64,000 bases of DNA from Eledone cirrhosa (Eukaryota): positions 41,540,001 through 41,604,000 of the forward strand of contig OZ024749.1 in assembly GCA_964016885.1 (NCBI GenBank), in the 5' to 3' direction. This document shows, piece by piece, positions 55,346 to 64,000 of the stretch. How positions within the stretch are numbered: the first letter of the stretch is position 1; every line of letters begins with the position of its first letter. Both the position numbers and the translations under genes were made by a program. Below the pieces are notes generated by a model that was given only the letters and a program-made list of their open reading frames with translations, made no database searches and was not told the DNA's origin.

Positions 55346-55731
55346 TACAGTGATACCTCGCAGTACAAGTTTAATTCGTTCCATGACTGAGCTCGTTTTT
55401 TACAAATCAATTTTCCCCATTGAAATTAATTAAAATATAGTTAATCCGTTCCAGCCCCACAAAACCACCCCAAAATAAATTTGTATGGGTTTTAAAACAG
55501 AAAAGGTACAGTTACAAGGAAAATGACAATAGGGATGCTGCCACAACTAGATAAACACGTGAACTGAGCGAGCAGAGGCTGCGCTTGTTGAGAGAGCATG
55601 TGCGAGCTCAGTGCCAACTAGTGGTCGCTTGTATGAAACTCACTACAGATTTCCACTCGTACTACAAGACAAAAATATGCATTAGCCTCGGCTCGTACAA
55701 TGGGACACTCGTACTGCGAAGTTCTATTGTA
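55346..55731. mobile_element. Tigger-like MITE
   Basis: TA-CAGTGATACCTCGCAGTAC ... GTACTGCGAAGTTCTATTG-TA imperfect TIRs. Confidence 0.6.
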
Positions 55732-55857
55732 TATATATATGTGTGTGTGTGTATATATATACACACACACATATCTCCACACAATAAGTGTGATATATGC
55801 ATGTGTATATGCACACACACACGGTGTGTGACAAATGAATGCAATCACCATTACTAT

Positions 55858-56122
55858 AGCTGGTCAGAGCAGTAGGACATGTGGGAGTACAGCTGATCAA
55901 AGAAACAGGACATGTGGGAGTACAGCTGGTCAGAGTAGCAAGACGTGTGGGGCTGGTCAAAGTAACAAGACATGTGGTAGTAGAGCTGGTCAAAGTAGCA
56001 AGACATGTGGGAGTACAACTTGTCAGAGTAGCAAGACATGTGGTAGTACAGCTGGTCAGAGAAACAGGACATGTAGGTGTGGGGCTGGTCAGAGTAACAA
56101 GACATGTAGGTGTGGGGCTGGC
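55858..56122. repeat. ~33-bp minisatellite (CTGGTCAGAGTAGCAAGACATGTGGGAGTACAG)
   Basis: About 8 degenerate units. Confidence 0.85.
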
Positions 56123-56189
56123 TGAGGCTGAGTGAGGGTGAAATGAAACTCAGGCACAGTTCAGTGAAGAATGACCATCTGTTGATATA

Positions 56190-57008
56190 GTGTGATGTGA
56201 CATGGTGTGACAGAATGGCAGGTGTGATGTGGTGTGGCAGAATGGCAGTTATGACAGTGTGATGTGGTGTGATACAGAATGTCAGATGTTACATAGAATG
56301 GCACATGTGATGAAGTGTGACATAGAATGTTGGATGTGTGATGTGGTGTGACACAGAATGATGTGTGACATAGTGTGTGTGACACAGAATGGCAGGTGTG
56401 ATGTGGTGCGACATAGAATGGCAGGTGTGATGTGGTGCGACATAGAATGGCAGGTGTGATGTGGTGCGACATAGAATTGCAGGTGTGATGTGGTGCGACA
56501 TAGAATGGCAGGTGTGATGTGGTGTGACATAGAATTGCAGGTGTGATGTGGTGCGACATAGAATCGTAGGTGTGACATAGAATTGCAGGTGTGATGTGGT
56601 ACGACATAGAATGTTGGATGTGACATAGAATGGCAGGTGTGATTTGGTGTGACATAGAATGGCAGGTGTGATGTGGTGCGACATAGAATTGCAGGTGTGA
56701 TGTGGTGCGACATAGAATCGTAGGTGTGACATAGAATTGCAGGTGTGATGTGGTACGACATAGAATGTTGGATGTGACATAGAATGGCAGGTGTGATTTG
56801 GTGTGACATAGAATGGCAGGTGTGATGTGGTGTGACATAGAATGGCAGGTGTGATGTGGTACGACATAGAATGTTGGATGTGACATAGAATGGCAGGTGT
56901 GATTTGGTGTGACATTGAATGTTGGATGTGATATAGAATGGCATGTTTGATGTGACATAGAAGTACAGGTGTGATGTGGTGTGACATAGAATGGCAGCAG
57001 GTGTGATG
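56190..57008. repeat. 29-bp minisatellite (GACATAGAATGGCAGGTGTGATGTGGTGY) with shorter variant units
   Basis: Tandem array with recurring unit blocks. Confidence 0.9.
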
Positions 57009-57300
57009 CAGTATTCTATAGTTTGGGGTAAGATGGGGCTGGCTGAAGACACCAGCAAAAACAGTTTTGTTCATTTCCATATTTGATCAATTCTCAGCAT
57101 TAAGAAGAAAAGAAGGTGGGAGGTGGGATGGGGGTAGATAAAAGACCCCCCATCCCCCACTACCCACCCCCACCCTAAAATCCAGCAAAATACAATACTG
57201 AGAGAGAAAGAGACAGAGAGGTAGAAGGATAGATAAACAGACTGAATGGAAAGTCAGTTGATAAACATGTATATAAATACATACACACATACACATATAC

Positions 57301-57335
<35 letters not shown>

Positions 57336-57874
57336 TGTATCACTGTCTTGGTTATTCGCGGAATTTTCCTTAGAACCTAACTAATAATTGTTTGTGGAAA
57401 CCACCGCTTATTCTCAGAATCGTAAATATCTTCCGCAATTTTTTAATGGCTTTTTCGTGGCAATATATATTTTTTTTCGATTTTTTAATGCTAAATTATT
57501 AATAACAATATACCGTATTTGCCGGCCTATAGTTTACGTTATGTTTTGATGTTTATAGGCATTTTTATGGACCATGTCCAATAATTTTTCACTCTTCAGG
57601 GGTGCTCTAGGAACATAAAGCCCCACGAATACCAGAGGACAACTGTATGTGTATGTATATATGTATATATGTGCTGAAAGCCTCAAAGAGTACGGAATAT
57701 TGGCCCAATATATTCCAAGCATTGCAGGAGGCTAAAATATAAAGAAGACAACCAGCAGAGGAATAACAGGAGGACAAAGATGTGTATATATATATGTGTG
57801 TGTATGAGTGTATGTGTATATGTGTGTGTGAATGTTGACGGGAGAGATAGAGAAATAGTTGAATGTGTGAAATG

Positions 57875-57970
57875 TCATAACTTTTCGACTGTGAGTGGCA
57901 GTCTATTGTTTAGTTCTTTGATGCCTTGCATTATACGTTTTAGATGACCAACCTTGTGGACGCCAAGTTC
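57875..57970 (-). CDS. DGKH: DGK-eta/delta terminal coding exon ELGVHKVGHLKRIMQGIKELNNRLPLTVEKL*
   Basis: TCTTTAACAG acceptor. Completes the SAM domain (LG..KVGH.KRI.QGIKEL). TGA stop at 57875-57877. Confidence 0.95.
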   Translation of the reverse strand, partial: ELGVHKVGHLKRIMQGIKELNNRLPLTVEKL

Positions 57971-58154
57971 CTGTTAAAGACAGAGAGAGAGAAAATAAAT
58001 ACATTAGCATGTTTGACTATATTACACATAAGCATCTATAATATATATATATATACATACATACGGTGCCCCAGCATGGCCTCAGCCGGATGACTGGAAC
58101 AGGTAAGAGTAAAGGAGTAAAATGTGTGTGTGTGTGTATGTGTGTGTGTGTATA

Positions 58155-58362
58155 GAGGTGGCAGGAAATCCTAGTAGAAGGAAACTGTAGTAGAAGTAGA
58201 CAAAGGAAGACCTGAGCAGAGGTGATGAGAGCTGATCTGAAATCACTGAGACTCACAGAGGAGATGCCGAAGGAAGACAGCAAACGGAGAGATGCTGTGC
58301 TGAAAAAGGACCTGCCCAACCCATGCAAGGATGGAAAAATGGGCATAAAAACGACGATGATG
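58155..58362 (+). mobile_element. Short degraded RTE 3' end in the last DGK intron
   Basis: R.RKT*AEVMRADLKSLRLTEEM...DAVLKK followed by CCCATGCAAGGATGGAAAA..(GAT)n. Confidence 0.7.
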
Positions 58363-58509
58363 ATAATATATATATATCATTGTTTAATATTCATTTTTTA
58401 CCATAGCATGGGTTAGACAAGTTGTCCCGAAAAGTCAAGTCAGATGACTGTGTCTTGCTCATACAGAGTTATTTCTGGCATGGTTTCTTCAACTGGGATT
58501 TCTTGGCAC

Positions 58510-58882
58510 TTCTATATAAAACAGTGACGTGACTATATAGAAGATTATGTGATTATATAAAAGATGATGTGACTATATAGGTGATATGACTATATAGAAC
58601 AGTAATGTGACTTTATAGAACAATGTGATTATATAGAACAGTAATATGACTATATAGAACAGTAATGTGACTTTATAGAACAATAATGTGATTATATAGA
58701 ACAGTAATGTGACTTTATAGAAGGGTGATGTGACTTTATAGAACAGTGATGTGACTATTTAGAACAGTAATGCGACTATATAGAACAGTGATGTGACTAT
58801 TTAGAAGGTGATGTGACTATTTAGAAGGTGATGTGACTATTTAGAAGGTGATGTGACTATTTAGAAGGTGATGTGACTATAG
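58510..58882. repeat. 20-22-bp minisatellite (ATGTGACTATATAGAACAGTG) in the last DGK intron
   Basis: Direct inspection. Confidence 0.85.
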
Positions 58883-58902
58883 AGAATGTCAACAATACTT
58901 AC

Positions 58903-59045
58903 TTTGAGATCACTTCGTTCGAGTGAGAGTAATTCCGTACCTCTGATTTCATTGGCTACAAAAGCCTGTTGGTACTCTCCAAGAGCTAAAGTCTCTAACC
59001 ACTGAGCTACCTCAGCTGGGCTCCACTCTTCTATGTGTTTCAAAT
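58903..59045 (-). CDS. DGKH: DGK-eta/delta SAM domain exon D-LKHIEEWSPAEVAQWLETLALGEYQQAFVANEIRGTELLSLERSDLK
   Basis: 143 nt, CTTATAG/GTAAGT. Classic SAM pattern W...V..WL..L.L.EY...F...I.G..LL.L...DLK. Confidence 0.95.
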
Positions 59046-59079
59046 CTATAAGAAAGGAATTATCATCATCATCATCATA

Positions 59080-59156
<77 letters not shown>

Positions 59157-59358
59157 CATGCTACTGCTTTCAGTGTCAGATATAAACCAACAAGACATAT
59201 ATATATATCATACTCTCAATTATCATTATCATCCTCATTAACAGTTATAGTGATTATCATCATCATCAACGCCATTACCATTATCAATCATCATCAACGC
59301 CATTACCATTATCAATCATCATCATCATCATCAATATTATTATTAAACTATTAATAAC

Positions 59359-59482
59359 CTGTTAAAGCTGCCTGAGAACTGTTCTTGTCACCTCGATCTT
59401 TATCACGACCTTTGCCTTTCAATTTGCTGTAAACCTGCCGAAATTTGCCTCCTTTGCGATGTTTTTGTTCTGTCGTAGACAT
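59359..59482 (-). CDS. DGKH: DGK-eta/delta exon, basic linker MSTTEQKHRKGGKFRQVYSKLKGKGRDKDRGDKNSSQAALT
   Basis: 124 nt, phase 0 to 1. CATCAG acceptor, weaker G|GTTATT donor. Phase matches the SAM exon. Confidence 0.8.
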
Positions 59483-60198
59483 CTGATGGTGAGAAGATAA
59501 GTGGAACATTTACAAACAATACAACATAGTAGAGACTGGCTCAAACATGGAATATTACTTGTGATGACTGGAGGTCTTAACAGAAGATAATGAAATGACA
59601 TTAGATAATTAAATGATTGGAGGTCTTAACAGAAGTCATAGCATTAGATAAAATGATAAAATGACTGCAAGTCTTAATAGAAGTCATAGTTTTGTATCAG
59701 GGAAAGAAGAGTAGGGGAGGGGAGAAAGAAGATATTAACCCTTTTGGTGATCATATTTCTAATGAAATACACTCTATTTCAATTAATTAATGAAGACATT
59801 TGGCAGATTTATTAAAACTATTAATTACTTCATTACTAAGATAGTAACTCAACATACAGTTCTTATATAAAATTTTAAAAGGTTTCTATTTAAATAAAAA
59901 TCTTTCAACATAATTCTTTATAAGAAACACATGTTAAGTTACTATCTTTAGTAATGAAATAATTAATAATGACCAAAACAAAACCAGTAAAAAATCACAG
60001 TTTAACATCTATTTTCCATTCTTGCATGGGTTAGGCGAGTCGTCCACATTATGAGACATGTTTGGCCAGTTGGCCATGCCGTACCTTGCTCAAACGGAAC
60101 TGCATTTTGGCTGGGATTTTTACAGTTGGATGCCTTTCCTAACACCAACCACGTTTACAGATAAATAAATAAAAGATTATATCAGAGAAATAACTTAC

Positions 60199-60312
60199 CT
60201 CTTCTTGACTCGTTTGATAATTAACAAGTCCACTGACGTCAACTATTTTCCTCATTTCAACTTCTAGCTTCGTTAATAACCCACTTAATTGTGCCTCACG
60301 ATTGTAAAATGT
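60199..60312 (-). CDS. DGKH: DGK-eta/delta exon TFYNREAQLSGLLTKLEVEMRKIVDVSGLVNYQTSQEE
   Basis: 114 nt, CTACAG/GTAAGT, phase 0, coiled-coil-like EVExxK segment. Confidence 0.88.
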
Positions 60313-60684
60313 CTGTAGAGTTAGAATATAGCAGGAGGGAAAAAGAAACCAAAAATAAGAACTGCTAAAATCTTCATTGATTTATTAATTTTAACATGTT
60401 GATAATATAAATTTCAACTTATAGACAATATCAATTTCAACTTGTTAATAATAAAAATTTTAGCATGCAGACATATCAATAATATTAAGTTCAACTTGTT
60501 AATAATACTAATTTCAATAATGTAGATATTAATTTCAATATTGTAGATAATAATAATTTCAATTTATAGATAATATTAATTTCAATATATTGATAATATT
60601 AAGTACAACTTATTGATAATATTAATTTCAAATATAGATAATATTAATTACATGTTAATAATATTAATTTTAGCATGTTAATAT

Positions 60685-60882
60685 TACCATATATTCTCAA
60701 ATATAAGCCAAGGAATATGTGACCAAAAATTGATGATAGAAGAGAGGGGGGGGGGGGGGGGCTTATATTCAGGGTCAACATTTTGATGATTTTCACCAAC
60801 TTCAAATTCTATCAAAATAAGGTTTGGATTTTTGCCCAGACATAAAATAGTGGGGTTGGTTTATTTTCGAGTATATATGGTA
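60685..60882. mobile_element. pogo/Tigger-like MITE, intact, in a DGK intron
   Basis: TA-CCATATAT.CTC.AA.ATAA.CC inverted termini. Confidence 0.75.
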
Positions 60883-61186
60883 ATTTCATATACAACAAGC
60901 ATTTTAACCCTTTAGTATTTACATTTCTCTCTATATACTATTATATTTTCACAGTAAAAACTTTACCTTTCATAATTATCTCACATAATATCGAATCTAT
61001 GAGATTTTGATGATATTTATTTTAGAACAATACCGTAAGATCAGTATGAGCAGCTGGTTACAGCTGGTTTAAATAGAAATTCTGACCAGATATGGCCGGT
61101 TTACATGCTAAAGGGTTAAAGATATTTCTTATGTTTTTAACACAAAGAAGTTCTCTTCCCTGTCCTTTTCTTTTTGGGATACTTAC

Positions 61187-61279
61187 AGTTGGGGACTTCT
61201 CTCGTAGAAAAATGTTTGTTTCATTGTAAAGAGTTTTCATACTATTGACAAAATCGGTGAGTAAGGGTCGCAAGGAGGG
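61187..61279 (-). CDS. DGKH: DGK-eta/delta exon PSLRPLLTDFVNSMKTLYNETNIFLREKSPT
   Basis: 93 nt, TTTCAG/GTAAGT. Contains the KxLYNET motif of type II DGKs. Confidence 0.9.
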
Positions 61280-61367
61280 CTGAAAGAAAAATATAACAAA
61301 AAGATAATTAATATTTACTTGAGAAAACATTTGATTTACAAAATATTTTTATTTCATAATCTTTATA

Positions 61368-61559
61368 TACAAGGGTCGGTTGAAAAGTTCATAGGCTGAC
61401 CAAGATACTCTCATGCAATGACCAAATGAGGTTTATTTTTCAACATAGTCCCTGGAAAGAAATAGGGCAGTTATTAATAAGAATAGTGAAAATCCATGCA
61501 AGATCTCACAGCATTGCTCCTTTAAAGATAGCCTATGAACTTCTCAGTCGACCCTTGTA
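61368..61559. mobile_element. mariner-type MITE in a DGK intron
   Basis: TACAAGGGTCGGTTGAAAAGTTCATAGGCT ... AGCCTATGAACTTCTCAGTCGACCCTTGTA. Confidence 0.8.
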
Positions 61560-61714
61560 CCCATGTTAGCGTGGAAAATGGACGATAAACGATGATGAAA
61601 TTGAAGTATGGATCTATTTGTGAATATACACTTAATACAGAGCACTTTCTCCAGGTATTTTCACTTTACTTTTTATTCATATCATATATAATACACATAT
61701 ATATATGCACACAC

Positions 61715-61811
<97 letters not shown>

Positions 61812-61917
61812 TGATGGTGGTGGTGGTAGTTGAGGTATAGACAGTGTGATGACAGGATGGTTGAAGTATAGACTAAGTGATGACAACAGCAATGACAAGG
61901 AACAATGGATTACTCAC

Positions 61918-62050
61918 TTCGGTCAACGAGGAATTGGACTCAGCAAGTTTCCCTGAAGGATACAGAGCGTTCAGACGTTCTGAGGCTTCAGAGGAATGGG
62001 AATATAGGTCTTGTTCTATATCACTGTGTTCATTAGCAGCCAATTTCACA
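61918..62050 (-). CDS. DGKH: DGK-eta/delta exon C-VKLAANEHSDIEQDLY...SSLTE
   Basis: 133 nt, phase 2 to 0, TTCCAG/GTGAGT, open frame consistent with neighbours. Confidence 0.88.
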
Positions 62051-62167
62051 CTGGAATGGAAGATTACAAGATATGAAGTGTGGCTTTCTGATAGACTCCC
62101 ACTCCACCTGCCGAACTATTTCACCCAAGACAAAAAAAAAAAGGCAACGGCAATAAGAAACACTTAC

Positions 62168-62304
62168 CATTTTATAAATGCAGACGATACTTCTATAAAA
62201 CTTTGTAGAACAGCTTCATCTTCCAAGAGTAGAGCTGGTCCAGGACTGGAAGCTTGTGGAACTTTCTGTTTGTTCGACCAGGTTTTCAAAACATTTTCAA
62301 AAAT
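62168..62304 (-). CDS. DGKH: DGK-eta/delta exon IFENVLKTWSNKQK...SSAFIK
   Basis: 137 nt, phase 0 to 2, GTAAGT donor. Tandem CAGCAG acceptor (alternative boundary 62307). Resembles AFExTLKSWEDKQK. Confidence 0.9.
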
Positions 62305-62897
62305 CTGCTGAGAAAAAAGCAAGTCACAAGTTAGAAAGGTGACATAAATATCTTCTCCTTTCTCCTTCCATTAATCTATACACACACATCATCATCAACA
62401 TTCAACATCTGCTCTTCCATTGTGGTGTGGGTGGGACTAGGCATAATTGGAGCTAAGTGTGAATGGGACTATGCGTTGGTGGAGTTAAGTGTAGGTGGGA
62501 CTCAATGTGGGTGGAGCAAGGTATGGTTGGGAGTTGGTGTAGGTGAGGTTAGGTGTGGGTGTGGGACTCAGCTTGATGCCCTTCTTACCACCAACCAATT
62601 TACAGCATGTAGTAAGCACATTCATCATGTAGATCACCAACACTAGGGAGGTTGTCATGTCTTTGATACAGCTTTGGCAAGCTTTAAACATATATATATA
62701 TATATATATATATGTTTGGGTGTCCCAAAAGAATGCACACACACTTTGGTAATATTAATTAGATTTCGCAGGCTTTCCCCCAAAATAAAATGATCTACAG
62801 ACACAATTCAACTGTGTGCTAACACCCAAAATGTTTACATAATTTAAATAATGCACTTTTAAAGATGTTGTTGTGGATACAATTTTTGGGGACACCC

Positions 62898-62941
<44 letters not shown>

Positions 62942-63072
62942 AGTTATTTATGAATAACAAAAGGTATGGAGCAGCTTCATACTAAACAGTGTGGTAAGGG
63001 TATTGGTATGTCACCAGAGGGTCACTAACTACAAACTATATTGAAACAATAATAAACTGTATTATACATTAC

Positions 63073-63207
63073 CCGATCTCTCGTCAACATCTGTGCTCTG
63101 TTTTTATGTACAATACGGATATATCCGGGTGGCTGCATCCAGGCTTCACCATCTACCTGCACAGGCACACCTTCGTCACCCATAATTGTCACCTTCACCG
63201 TCCGACA
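63073..63207 (-). CDS. DGKH: DGK-eta/delta exon [45 protein letters not shown]
   Basis: 135 nt, phase 0, AG/GT. Contains the [12 protein letters not shown] motif. Confidence 0.97.
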
Positions 63208-63721
63208 CTACAATGTACAAAATATAAAACATTAAGCGATGATGGGAATAAAACAACCACAACAAAATAAAGAATGATAAATGAAAATTGAAATATCAAC
63301 ACTTTTGATACCAAACCATCTCTGGTTCTATGAAACAAAATTGTTCACAATCTCTCCATCAGTAAAGATACTATAAACATTTGAATTAACAAACCTATTT
63401 TTAGATATTTTCTGTTAAATTACAGGATGTTAAGAGATAATACTACATATTTTCACAAAGATCTGGCCACCAGTAAAGATATTATAAACATTTGAATTAA
63501 CAAACTCATTTTTACATATTTTTTGCTAAACAATTACAGGATGTTAAGAATTAAATATCATCATCATCATAATTTTATATATAAACCAGAAGTAACCTTA
63601 ACAATGGTTTCAATGCGACTAGAAGACAAAGAAACTCTCAGCAATTATGCAGTTTAAGTTATTTAGTACAAATAACCTCACACCTGTACTAAATAATGAA
63701 GGTGTAATTAATGTTACATAC

Positions 63722-63835
63722 CTGTGCTATACGATGATGGTGTAAGTCTATCACTCGGGACACAGCCATTTGCACAGAACCAAATACTGCAACCACTTCT
63801 AGTATTTTGTCATCAAAGCTGGGAGCAGTAAAATT
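63722..63835 (-). CDS. DGKH: Type II diacylglycerol kinase (eta/delta-like) exon, accessory domain [38 protein letters not shown]
   Basis: AG/GT bounded, 114 nt, phase 0. Near-identical to the DGK-eta/delta motif [12 protein letters not shown]...HHRIAQ. Upstream exons lie beyond the window end. Confidence 0.95.
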
Positions 63836-63934
63836 CTACAAATAATATATATTATATACATGTAGCAACATATGGAGAATATAGACAGTGTTGTGTATAT
63901 GTGTGTGTGTGTGTGTGTGTATACCCACACACAC

Positions 63935-63967
<33 letters not shown>

Positions 63968-64000
63968 TATTTGTGTGTGTGAATTTTGTATATCTAATGA

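Noticed and set aside
56161-57080. His/Cys-rich ORFs in three frames
   Set aside because: Translation of a 29-bp minisatellite. The unit length is not a multiple of 3.
61877-62311. 144-aa plus-strand ORF
   Set aside because: Antisense shadow of two DGK exons.

Overview
AT-rich, microsatellite- and SINE-dense eukaryotic (animal) genomic DNA. The repeat landscape resembles octopus/coleoid cephalopod genomes (inference). Two spliced minus-strand genes were reconstructed by hand; most of their exons are absent from the ORF track. (1) The last 9 coding exons (about 362 aa) of a type II diacylglycerol kinase (DGK-eta/delta-like, accessory domain to SAM domain to stop) lie at 57875-63835. (2) The first 4 coding exons of an SLC9A/NHE-type Na+/H+ exchanger, with a signal peptide and a long S/T-rich glycosylated ectodomain, lie at 368-11795 and continue off the left edge. 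The rest is truncated LINEs (CR1, RTE, R4/Dong-like, CRE-like, Tx1-like), two tRNA-derived SINE families plus a headless RTE-tailed element, a non-autonomous Helitron, many MITEs, TE-derived minisatellites and several long hairpins. The most notable non-coding item is a well-formed type I hammerhead ribozyme motif with an extended GNRA-capped stem II at about 25803-25887. Almost all low-complexity ORFs in the track are microsatellite artefacts. Repeat boundaries are approximate.
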